Assembly: GCF_001194135.2 (NCBI RefSeq)
Contig: NC_068982.1
Span: 42,442,113 to 42,488,490 of the forward strand
Reading direction: 5' to 3'
DNA: 46,378 nucleotides
Source: Octopus bimaculoides
Lineage: Eukaryota
The position numbers were made by a program, and so were the translations under genes. The notes under the pieces were generated by a model. The model searched no databases. It saw only the letters and a list, made by a program, of their open reading frames with translations, and was not told where the DNA came from. Positions 1-10,857 of the stretch are shown here, one piece after another; positions within the stretch are counted from its first letter, which is position 1, and each line of letters opens with the position of its first letter.

Positions 1-45
<45 letters not shown>

Positions 46-481
46 CTTTATTTTTCTTTTCATTCATGTCAGAATTTTCGGCTTCATTATTTTTAACAGT
101 ATAAAAAACACGAAAAAATAATAAAATAAGTAAATTTCTTGTTTGGACACAGTATAATGTAAATTGTGATGATATTTCGTGACAAAATCAACGTATATAA
201 TTTGTCGATGTTTTTTCTTTCAAATCCTAATATTTATTTGTTGGTTTATATTTTTATTTGTGCCATTTTCGTTTACATTTTACTTTTTTGCACAGAGTCA
301 CGATCAAATCTAGAACGTTTCCCATTGGCTTTAACATATACAGTATGCAGTTATAGATAATAGATCCTCCTACACACAAATGAGAAATATCATTACTGTT
401 GCCAGCAGTTTACATTATTATTATTATTATTTTTATTATTGTTATTATTATTATTATTATTGTTATTATTATTATTATTAT

Positions 482-692
482 GGCGGTGAGCTGACAGAAT
501 CGTTAGCACGCCGGGTCAAATGCTTAGCGGTATTTCGTCTGTCTTTACGTTCTGAGTTAAAATTCCGCCGAGGTCGACTTTGCCTTTCATCCTTTCGGGG
601 TCGATTAAATAAGTACCTGTTACGCGCTGGAGTTGATGTAATCGACTTAATCCCTTCCTCAAAATTTGAGGTCTTGTGCTTCCAATAGAAAG
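482..692 (+). mobile_element. tRNA-derived SINE, family A (copy 1)
   Basis: Head GGCGGTGAGCTGACAGAATCGTTAGC (A-box-like) and B-box-like GAGTTAAAATTCC, central CCTTTCATCCTTTCGGGGTCGATTAAATAAGTACC, tail CTTGTG..AATAGAAAG followed by (TTA)n; about 10 homologous copies in this window. Confidence 0.9.
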
Positions 693-709
693 ATTATTGT
701 TATTAATAA

Positions 710-918
710 GGCGGCGAGCCAGCAGAATCGTTAGCACGCCGGGAGAAATGCTCAGAAACATTTTGTCCGTTTTCACGTTCTGAGTTCAAATACCACCGTG
801 GTCGACTTTGCTTTCATCCTTTCGGGGTCGATAAAATAAGTACCAGTTGAACACTGAAGTCGATATAATCGACTCATACCTTCCCCTAAAATTGCTGCGC
901 TTGTGGCACAATTTGAAG
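710..918 (+). mobile_element. SINE family A (copy 2)
   Basis: Collinear homology to 482-692; followed by (TTC)n(TTA)n. Confidence 0.9.
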
Positions 919-941
919 TTCTTCTTCTTCTTCTTCTTCTT

Positions 942-972
<31 letters not shown>

Positions 973-991
973 TTATTATTATTATTATTAA

Positions 992-1055
992 GGCGCCGAG
1001 CTGTCAGAATCGTTAGTACGTCATGCCTTGTGCATATTTGTTGAAAGAATCATTA
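992..1055 (+). mobile_element. Internally deleted SINE A (head fused to tail)
   Basis: GGCGCCGAGCTGTCAGAATCGTTAGTACG joined to GCCTTGTGCATATTTGTTGAAAG-ATCATTATT. Confidence 0.75.
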
Positions 1056-1084
1056 TTGTTATTGATATCAATAATATTATTCAA

Positions 1085-1290
1085 GGAAGACAGAATCGTT
1101 AGCAGGCTGGGCAAAATGCTTAGCATCATTTTGTCCGTCTTTGCATTCTGAGTTCAAATTCCGCCGCGGTTGACTTTGCTTTTTTCTTCTTTTGCGGGGT
1201 TGATAAAATAAGTACCAGTTGAGTACTATGGTCGATGTAATCCAATAAACCCCTACCCCAAAATTTCAGTCATTGTACCTATTGTATAAA
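1085..1290 (+). mobile_element. SINE family A (copy 4)
   Basis: CAGAATCGTTAGC...GAGTTCAAATTCCGCC...GATAAAATAAGTACCAGTTGAG... Confidence 0.88.
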
Positions 1291-1814
1291 ATATTTTAAT
1301 GATATAACTATTGTTGATGGTTTTTCCCCCCCTTTTTGTCTGAGGTTGTCGGTGTTTTAGTAATAATTTCAGTGCAATTGTTAGTATTGGTTTCATATGA
1401 TGTTACTGTTTATTTTTGAACTTCCTTACGCTGCCCTCTTAGTGAATGATAAAGGAAGAAAAACGTTACGGAAAGCACGTTTGAAATTAGTTGAGATTCA
1501 TTGCAAACAAACCTTTGGCGGAACAGCATTGTAACATGGTCGTCAAGCACACACACTCACACACTCTCTCACACACACTCACACACACACACACACACAC
1601 ACACACCTACATCAAATATAGTTATGCATTACACACACACACACAGATGTATACACATATCTACATTTTCGTTTAAGTATACGTATATATTTTATCCTAC
1701 TTTTTGTAGCGTTGTCTCAGAATATATACGCAAAACTCAAAAAAATACAAAAGCGCTTGCGACCCGACACTTACTGACAAAAAAGTAAATTAACAATATA
1801 TACATTTAAAATCG

Positions 1815-1847
1815 TTTCTTTATTGGCCACAAGGGCCAAAATATTCG
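1815..1847 (-). mobile_element. 33-nt 5'-truncated retroposed LINE tail flanked by a 10-bp direct repeat
   Basis: Minus strand reads GCCCTTGTGGCCAATAAAGAAA, the same tail as at 2581 and 3984; TTTAAAATCG at 1805-1814 and 1848-1857. Confidence 0.65.
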
Positions 1848-1927
1848 TTTAAAATCGCTTCCCTATTATCTACCGTTCTCTTTGCTATCTCTATATTTCT
1901 TTCTCACTATATTATTTTCTGCACATA

Positions 1928-1974
<47 letters not shown>

Positions 1975-2324
1975 GTGTGTGTGTATACATTGATCTATAC
2001 ATATCTATACATATATTTATCGGTCTCTCTCTCTCTTTATACATGTGTATACGTGTGTTTATATAATGGGTAAGAGTACGCCCAAAAGGCGTATAACAGA
2101 TACAGATTAGCGCTCAGACCAGATCAAATACCTAGAATCCTACGACAAACGATTGGAGACGCAATCCAAGCAAACAGGATTTGGTTATAGAAAATGTAGC
2201 GGTCGAGCTAATCAAACTAAAATGGAATATATTATGATTTATCCATCATAACTCACGCATTTTCTTTGGAAAGCCCTAATAAACAAACGTTTCGTATTGT
2301 TTCTTGTATTAGTTCGACCCCTTA

Positions 2325-2607
2325 GGTTTAATAAAGGAAGTATTGTGTTTATCAAAAGGTGGTCGACAGTGGCAAGAGTAATGAGACTGAATGGATCTGT
2401 TCTGAATATGCATTTCTAAACAGGGAAAAGAAAAAAAAACTGGAAGAGGGCACTTCCCCATGCCTTGGAGATAGCAGAATAATCCGGGATTTTTATGTGA
2501 GGTTAACCTCGGACTGCCCCGATATTTTTTTAATGTTTTTGTCCTGCAACTCATCCTTCGATATTGTCCTCCGCTTGAGTCCTTGTGGCCAATAAAAGAA
2601 ATTTATT

Positions 2608-2612
<5 letters not shown>
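2325..2612 (+). mobile_element. Tx1/L1-clade LINE 3' end (ORF2 C-terminus + 3'UTR)
   Basis: FIKRWSTVARVMRLNGSVLNMHF is homologous to FVERWVNVGKMASVKGFIFSMHL at about 3720-3790; ends in CCTTGTGGCCAATAAAAGAAA followed by (TTA/TTG)n. Confidence 0.75.
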
Positions 2613-2640
<28 letters not shown>

Positions 2641-3160
2641 AGTAGTAGTAGTAGTATAAGNNNNNNNNNNNNNNNNNNNNNNNNNNNNNNNNNNNNNNNN
2701 NNNNNNNNNNNNNNNNNNNNNNNNNNNNNNNNNNNNNNNNNNNNNNNNNNNNNNNNNNNNNNNNNNNNNNNNNNNNNNNNNNNNNNNNNNNNNNNNNNNN
2801 NNNNNNNNNNNNNNNNNNNNNNNNNNNNNNNNNNNNNNNNNNNNNNNNNNNNNNNNNNNNNNNNNNNNNNNNNNNNNNNNNNNNNNNNNNNNNNNNNNNN
2901 NNNNNNNNNNNNNNNNNNNNNNNNNNNNNNNNNNNNNNNNNNNNNNNNNNNNNNNNNNNNNNNNNNNNNNNNNNNNNNNNNNNNNNNNNNNNNNNNNNNN
3001 NNNNNNNNNNNNNNNNNNNNNNNNNNNNNNNNNNNNNNNNNNNNNNNNNNNNNNNNNNNNNNNNNNNNNNNNNNNNNNNNNNNNNNNNNNNNNNNNNNNN
3101 NNNNNNNNNNNNNNNNNNNNNNNNNNNNNNNNNNNNNNNNNNNNNNNNNNNNNNNNNNNN

Positions 3161-4012
3161 TAGAGGGTTACTGGAGAAAAGGTGCGACGACGTTCCCGGG
3201 GATACTCTGAGCATCGACGAGGATCAACTCACTGGTCAGTTCCGACGGACTTTCGGGCCGGGGCCTATGGATAACTTCCAAAACCTCTCGCCTGGCAGTG
3301 CTACTGGAGTGGGGATGGGGGTGCGCTGCCCGTTCGGGATAAACTCTACAGGCACGGAAGTGCTGTCAGCCTAGCATGCCTGAGGTGCACGCAGAACGAC
3401 GAAACCATTCTGCATGCAGTCGTCCAGTGCCCAAGCATTGCTGACCTGTGGATTTGTGTCGAACACCTGCTGTCGCGTGTATGGCGGATCCGGCTCTCAG
3501 CTGAACCCATAGTGAAAATTAACCCGTCACCCTCCTTTGGCCGGAAGGGACAGGCAAGTTTTATTTGTCTGGTGGCTGTAACGAAAGTGGTAGTGTGGTG
3601 GACACGCTTGAAAGGGCTAAAGACAGACATCTCCTCTTTGGCCAAACCCCCTTATAAACTTTTTCAAGTTTCACTTGAAAAGAAAGGTGAGGGTGGAGAG
3701 GGAAGTGTTGCTTTCTAGCAAATTTGTTGAAAGGTGGGTGAATGTCGGAAAAAATGGCCAGTGTGAAAGGATTCATTTTTAGCATGCACCTGTCAAAAAT
3801 AAAAGAAGGGCTCTTGTTCTGTTGGTTAGGCATCCGTGGTTTTTGTGGGTTTTCCACGAGTAGCCTTAAAGCGCCTCTCCCTTTTGGGAGTTTCATTTGT
3901 ATAATTTTAATTGTTATTTTTGTTTACACGATTTTAAAACCCGTTGTATCTCTCCGTTATGTTCTATATTGTTTTATGTAAGTCCTTGTGGCCAATAGAA
4001 GAATGAATTATC
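3161..4012 (+). mobile_element. Tx1/L1-clade LINE 3' fragment with zf-RVT-like C-terminal zinc finger
   Basis: LPVRDKLYRHGSAVSLACLRCTQNDETILHAVVQC (C-x2-C...ET-x2-H-x4-C pattern); frameshifted; same 3' tail at 3984-4003. Confidence 0.85.
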
Positions 4013-4229
4013 ATTGTTCGTCTATCGGCACGTGCTCGTATATCGCTGCATAAGTTTTGCTATTATTCATATTGTTATACATTGTACATTTGTTATTGTT
4101 TCTTAGTTAAATAAACCAGGACCTTGGAAACTGGTTAGTTATCTCCCATTTGTAGCCATTAGGGGCTATTTTGGTATTTGTTTGAGTTACGACGCCCCTC
4201 ATTTTTGTTGTTGTTGCTAATATCAAAGA

Positions 4230-6160
4230 TGACGAACGAAAATCGTCCGTCCGCTGAAAAGAACAGCGGGTTATCCGCAAGACAGAACAGCCAAGGTGCA
4301 CAAGCCAGCGGCTGCTGTAACAACAACAGCAATAATGACAACAACAATAGTGACCGTGGAATGTATGAAAATGAATTCCCCTTGCTTCTTTCCCCCACCC
4401 TTTACCACGGCAGGAACAAAAGAAAATCACAAACACCAACAACACAAGCGAAAACATTACCTCTCCACCGCCACCACCGGTGCCAGCAGCAGGCCCAACA
4501 CTAACACCATCATCACCGACATGATTGACGAAAAAGCAAAAAAAAAAATAACAATGAAATCGACACAAGCAAATCTAATTGGAACGTTTTCGACTTCGCG
4601 CAAGCAACAGGGCAAGTGAGTGAAGATATTCCCTTAGATGAAAATGGGTTCAGGAATGCTAAATGCATGCTGAAGAAATGTGGCAGAAATGTGGCGCTAA
4701 ACATTCCTAAGAATGTCCAGCATGAAATCAGTTTGCGGACAGTCTTATATAAAATAAGTGGAGTGAGAAGCAAAAAAGTCGAACAGGCGACACAACAAGT
4801 AGAGAAATGCCTAAAACCGGTGTGGAAGAGCAAAACCTACGTGACCAGGGGGAAGAAGTATGGGACTGTTAAGGTGAGGCTCGCCTCAGAGGAAACAAAA
4901 GACCACTCGACAGCTACCCTGATGAGTGAAGAAGTAATTCTTATACCTACCTTCATGGGGCGTAGAGTATACAGAATCAGAATACTCAATAGTCCACCAG
5001 AAATTAATATCTGCTGGTTATTAGCTGCAATGCTACTAGACATAGAGTAGAAAACCAAGATTCTGAAAATCCATAAGATTCACAAGGAAGAACTGGTTAG
5101 GTCAGGAGATGCAGCTGCTAATACAAACTGACCAGCAAAGTGTAGAAAATGTCCCGGATTATATAAGCCCACCAGATGGGTCAAAATTACACGTGGTTGT
5201 CGAGGGCAGAAAGCCAAGATGTCACCTGTGCAGGAACACAAACCTTCTAAGAGCTTTCTGCCCACAACAAAACGAAAAAGAGACCTGCACTTTTGCTACC
5301 TCCACCACCACCATCCAACACCACCACCCACCACCACCACCACGATAACAACAACAACAACAACAACAGCAAAAGCAGGCGGTTGCAGCTGCAAAAGCAA
5401 CAGAAACTGTAGTCGCAGCATTTGCGATCACAGAAGCACCGACAGCAGTAGCAGCAACTTCAAGAACAATAATGGAAACAACAGCAGAGAAACAACCAAC
5501 ATCGACAGCAGTAAAAACAATAATATCAGGATCCCTCAAAACAACAACACAAGATTTATCAACAGGAAAACCACAAAAAACTCTGCAAGACTTTCCCCTC
5601 ACGTGTTCGGAGCAATCAAGGAACTCCAGAACAACATCAGGAAATCCAAAAAACAACAACTATAACAACAGTTTCAATAAAGAATCAAAAACTTCCGCTC
5701 CCCTTTTCAGACCACGACACGAAAAAAGAAGGGGATGGGGAGGAACAGAATTGGCAAATAGTTGCGCCCCCACCCCCAAAGGAAGGAAAAGAAGACAAAA
5801 AAGTGCACCCAGTTGAACAGAGAAAACTGGTAGGTTTGAACACACGGAGATGGATAGCAGTAGCAGCAACAATAACATACCAACAACAGTGTCACTGACA
5901 CAGCCGAGAATAACAACATCACCATCACTATCTCTGCAACCATCACCGACGCTATTTAATTTACACACACAACAGTTAAACTACATCCCATCAAATAAAA
6001 AAACAGAAATTATAAACTTGACTGCCGTAAACACAGAAAACAAGACATTAATGCAAGATATTCAACATTACATAGACATTAACCAGAGAACTCTCGTTGC
6101 ACCAAGAGTCAACACTAACATACCACAGCACATAAAAATATCACAACAGCCGTTTTAATA
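4230..6160 (+). pseudogene. Disrupted LINE ORF1 (gag-like: putative RRM region, zinc knuckle, T/Q/N-rich tail)
   Basis: RIRILNSPPEINICWLL and VVVEGRKPRCHLCRNTNLLRAFCP (C-x2-C-x4-[H>L, CTT from CAT]-x4-C); stop at 5048 and frameshifts. Confidence 0.75.
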
Positions 6161-6339
6161 AACAAATATCCTGACTTTGTAGAGGATTTTCAAAAGTCAT
6201 GTAACAAAAGACTTTACAACGACTTGCTGGGGAAAACACCCACATTCAGAGAGAGGAACGGAGACTTTACCACCACTCCTCCTCCAACAAAACCTCGGTA
6301 AGTAGCTCTTTCTTACTTTCTTACTATCCCAGTGTTTAA

Positions 6340-7627
6340 CATGACCGTGCTTAGGATAGGGTCACCCTGGAAGCAGGGACACCTGCTCAATGTCTTCAGG
6401 TCCGTATGTTTGGATGTGATAGCCGTCAGCGAAACGAGAGTTTCCGACCGACTCACGCACCTTTGCTCCCATTTTTAACGAATTTGAGAGTTAATTATCT
6501 TAGCCGGCCTGGATTGGGAGGCGAGGTAGCAGTGCTGCTCAGGGAAGGACTGGATCTCAAGATGCGAACGATCTTCTTGGACCCGGAAGGTAAGTTGGTG
6601 GTCCTAGACGTGAGTAGTAGCGAAGGTAATGCTTTTAGACTCGTCGCTGTTTATGCCCCGACGGGCACAGGACAACCAGACTTCTTCAGATGCTTGGAGG
6701 TTTGCCTGGGGACATCTCGCTCATTAGTATTAGTGGATAATTGGAACGCAATTTTAGATGCACGTCTGGACCGGGTGGGTGTAGTAGATTGTAGGGGTGG
6801 GGTGTAAAAGCCTCGTAAACCTTCTCAGTCACTTCCAACTGGCTGACAGGTACAGACTGGATTTCCCGGATGCGCCAATGTGGACTTGAGCAAATCGCAT
6901 TGGGTCATCACGGTCATACTTAGATAGGTTGTTCTATAGGCCAATAGAAAAAAGATAGCGTAGGATGTCCACAATTCAAAGTTTCATAGATAGGTTTTAT
7001 AGGCAGGACCCCAGATACTGGAAGCTGAATGCGTCCTTCCCGGCGTGCTAAGCTTTCAGAGACCGGCTAAGCAAGTTAGTCCATCGAAAGTTGACGGGTG
7101 CTGTCGTCAACTACCGATGGTAGGTAGCTCTGAAAAGGGCGATTAGAGTAGAGGCGTCAGGGTTTAGCGAGGAAATAGCGATAGAGAAATCTAGCGTAGA
7201 AGGAGACCTAGTTAGGAAACTAGAAAAGTCATTTAGTAAAGGCATAGCGACCAACGTGTTGCCGGCGAGACTGGCATTTGACCAATTCTTCAACGCTAAG
7301 CATAAAGGGTGTGTTGTCAGAGCTAGGGCGCGTGCTCTAAAATATGAGGGAACGAAAGCCGTTCGATGGGCCCGGGTGGCCGAGGCATAATGTGGCAACA
7401 AAACTACAATTCGGTGTTTGACGTTGCGGGACGGGCGCATGATAGACGAACCCAAGCAGATGTGTGCAGCACTTCGCTGAATTGTACGGGGTGCATGGCG
7501 GTACGGGGACGGAGTTGGATTTCATCTCCTGCCTCGACGGCCTGCCGTTGCTCTCGACCAGGAAGGCTGAGTTCTGCGAAATGCCGATTACAGCCGAAGA
7601 TATTTGTGAGATGTCTAGCTGCACAAG
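6340..7627 (+). pseudogene. Disrupted LINE ORF2 N-terminus (APE endonuclease)
   Basis: ORF 6406-6807 ends in FLDPEGKLVVLDV...RLVAVYAP...DNWNAILD; the SDH motif region is deleted in this copy. Confidence 0.85.
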
Positions 7628-8960
7628 CTGAAGTTTTCAATGACATCCTTCTTGTTCGGATCCTTTCTCGGCAGCGTCACCACACCCCGGATCACACGAC
7701 TGGGAATGCTTCCCGTCTGTCGCCAGGAGCAGGAGACAGCTGCTAAAGGTGGCGCAAACAAGTCCGACATGTGTGCATATTGTCCATGCAGCGTATCAAT
7801 ACATCTTCCACTTCCTCCACTGAAATCGGCTTCTTGCAACAATCGATATCCTTGTCCGATAGGCACGGCATACCATCGCGGTAAGCCTCAAAGCCCACTG
7901 TGTTAAGAATGCCAATCCTCGGAAAGAGGTCGGCGAAATGCTGCCGAAACACTGCGCTCATCTGTTTGGAATCGGAGTGAACATGGCCATTGCGGTCCGT
8001 CAAAGAGCGCATCCTAGATTTGTTTCCGTGTTATGCCTCCGCTACCCGGGCCCAACCAACGACTTTTGAGCCTTCGTGTTTCAAGGCATGCATCCTAGCT
8101 TGGACAATACAGCCTTCATGGTTTACGTCGAAGAAAAGGTCGAGCGTCATTCTCGCCGCTAGCACTTCATTTGCAATCCCACTTTTATGTGCTTCTTCTA
8201 GTTACTAGCTTATTTTCTCTTTTGTTGTTTTCTAAAGCACTCTCTTTGTTAAAACTGACACCTCTCAGATTTTCCTTTTAAATGACACCCAGCACCTGTT
8301 GTTGATGATGGCACTTGTCAATTCCTGTTTAAGTATTCTACTAATCGGGTCCCTGAAATCTTTCCGCGCCGGGAAGGACGCGTTCAACTTCCAGTAACCA
8401 GATTCTAGTCTGATTGTTTTTCCTAAGTTGACTGTAAAGGTCCCGAACCTGTGATCTGAATAGGCAACGATCTGAAAATGTGGGCAACTTATACTATGCC
8501 TATCTGCTACCCTAATAAAACCCTAAGTATGAGCTGTATGACCCACTGTGATTTGACTATGTCCTCACTGGTGTAATTGAGAGATTGAGGCAAAGCCTGT
8601 CATACAGTTGGAAATATCCGAGGAAGTTAGCGAGGCTTTTGCATCCCACTCTCCTATCTGCTGTACCTACATAATCTTTGCTTTCCAGTCGCCCACTAAT
8701 ACTAATGAACGAGATATCCCTAGGAAAGTCTCTAAATGTCTAAAGAAATCTAACCGTCCAGCTCCTGTTAGGGGTATAGACTGTTAGTAGTCTGAAAGCT
8801 CCTACGCGTTGTCTTCTTTGCTGCTTACGTCCAAGACCACCATCATAGCGACCGACTCAAGGAAAACCATATTCACCTTCAAGTCAAGGCTTTTCCGAAA
8901 AAAGCACCGCGACGTCATTTGATCCAGGCCAACCAATAAGTTTTCTCTTACACCCATTCC
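7628..8960 (-). mobile_element. Second, diverged Tx1/L1-clade LINE ORF2 fragment (APE to start of RT), convergent with the first
   Basis: Minus strand: VVLDVSSKEDNA, VGDWKA, AYSDHR, GYWKLNAS, WRQTGSIPSRVIRGVVTLPRKDPNKKDVIENF; about 74% identical to the + copy over an 81-nt manual alignment. Confidence 0.9.
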
Positions 8961-9184
8961 TCTGTTTAGACATGTGCTGACCATGCCGTGAAAAGGGGTA
9001 GATTGAAAAATATGTCCGAGAAAGTTTTCGTAACGGGCTTTCTGCCCGTTCCGTGAGTGAGATAGGGCGAAATTCCTTTAGATACTTGTATACATCCGCC
9101 AAGCAATAATTAGAGTTTCAGCGGCCGAAAATGGCAAAAGACTAGCAAAATTAGAGTAAACTCACCACCGATGATTTGAGCGTG

Positions 9185-9185
<1 letters not shown>

Positions 9186-9243
<58 letters not shown>

Positions 9244-9255
9244 CAACAACAACAA
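9186..9255. repeat. (AAT)n(AAC)n microsatellite
   Basis: Direct reading. Confidence 0.98.
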
Positions 9256-9605
9256 TGAAATATGTAATACGTCAGTAAAAGACCCGATAAAGTCTATAAT
9301 TACCTTCCATTCTCACAATAAAGGTATATTAATTATCTCAGCGTAAATAAATCAAAATGTTAGCTCACCCANNNNNNNNNNNNNNNNNNNNNNNNNNNNN
9401 NNNNNNNNNNNNNNNNNNNNNNNNNNNNNNNNNNNNNNNNNNNNNNNNNNNNNNNNNNNNNNNNNNNNNNNNNNNNNNNNNNNNNNNNNNNNNNNNNNNN
9501 NNNNNNNNNNNNNNNNNNNNNNNNNNNNNNNNNNNNNNNNNNNNNNNNNNNNNNNNNNNNNNNNNNNNNNNNNNNNNNNNNNNNNNNNNNNNNNNNNNNN
9601 NNNNN

Positions 9606-9657
9606 AATAATAATAATATCAATAACAACAACAACAATAGCAACGATAATAATAATA

Positions 9658-9711
<54 letters not shown>

Positions 9712-9750
9712 TCAATAACAACAACAACAATAGCAACGATAATAATAATA

Positions 9751-9835
<85 letters not shown>
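9606..9835. repeat. Compound (AAT)n repeat with a duplicated interrupting unit
   Basis: ATCAATAACAACAACAACAATAGCAACGAT occurs at about 9618 and about 9711. Confidence 0.95.
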
Positions 9836-9839
<4 letters not shown>

Positions 9840-10534
9840 CGGCAACATCAAAGGGCTAGAAATATCAAGTCACCGTTCGTTGAGCAGAGGTTGATAGGAA
9901 AAATATGTCGAAGAAAATAAAGAATGAAAATAACGAGAGAAGGAAATCACATACGAAAGTGGAGAGTACAAAAGTGTTTAGGAGCGTAGTAACGTGTGTA
10001 CAAACATGGAGTGTGTAAAAGAGCTATTAAAAACAATGTGTTTTATGTGTTTGTTGTGCCTGTACGAATAAATAAATAAATAGATAATACATACATACAT
10101 ACATACATATATAAGTCATGGTAAGAATGGATACATAAGGGTGGAAGACCACAGGAACAATACCGTATATCCAACGCAAGATTTAATATATGTGTGTGTG
10201 TGTGTGTACAATTCCTTTAAAAATCAATAGATATATAGTTATAAGTGTCTAAAATGTCTAAAAAGTAAGCTAAGATAAAATAAAGTATACAGGCATATAC
10301 AATGATATAAACTTCAGAAATATCATAAATATTTAAAATATTAATTTAAAAGTATTCATAAACATGCATAGCTTTCAAGTTGTATAAAATTATTTAACAA
10401 TTTAAGACAATACATTACGATATATAAACGTACAGTATGATTTAACATATAGTGGGTATATATGTATATGTATATATGTAAATATATGTATATATATGTA
10501 CATGTGTGTGTGTATGTGTGTGTGTGTGTGTGAA

Positions 10535-10857
10535 GGCGCGTGGTTTACTGATTAGGAGTTTTGGGCTCACAATCGTAAGGTCATGGATTCGATTCCCGGC
10601 GATGCATTGTGTCCTTGAGCAAAACATTTAATTTCACATTGGTCCAATTCACTCATCTGGCAAAAATGAGTAGTACTTATATTTCAAAGGGCCAGCGTTG
10701 AAACATTATGTGTCACGCTGAATCTTCCTGAGAACTACGTTAAGGGTACATGTGTCTGTGGGTTGCTCAGCCACTCGCATGTTAACTTCACGAGCAGGTT
10801 GTTCCTTTGATCGGATCAACTGGAACCCTCGTCGTCGTAACCGATGGAGTACCAGTA
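10535..10857 (+). mobile_element. CORE-type tRNA SINE, family D
   Basis: tRNA-like head with GATTCGATTCCC B-box, CORE-like TGTGTCCTTGAGCAAAACA, and a 3' ~190 nt shared with 22753-22940. Confidence 0.85.

Larger units (their letters stand above)
4110..7627 (+). mobile_element. Tx1/L1-clade LINE, 5' part (ORF1 + ORF2 APE endonuclease and tether), truncated before RT
   Basis: ORF1 pieces 4230-6160; ORF2 motifs LDVIAVSETR, LVAVYAP, LVDNWNA (GDxN), SYLDR, YWKLNAS; multiple stops and frameshifts; 5' boundary approximate. Confidence 0.9.

Noticed and set aside
482-560. tRNA genes at SINE heads (also 10535, 18736, 23135, 24296)
   Set aside because: A/B-box-like motifs only; no complete cloverleaf, and each continues into a SINE body
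7111-8208. Paralogous ORFs 7111-7455(-) and 7990-8208(+) sharing YASATRA
   Set aside because: They are antisense readings of the two LINE ORF2 copies, not genes
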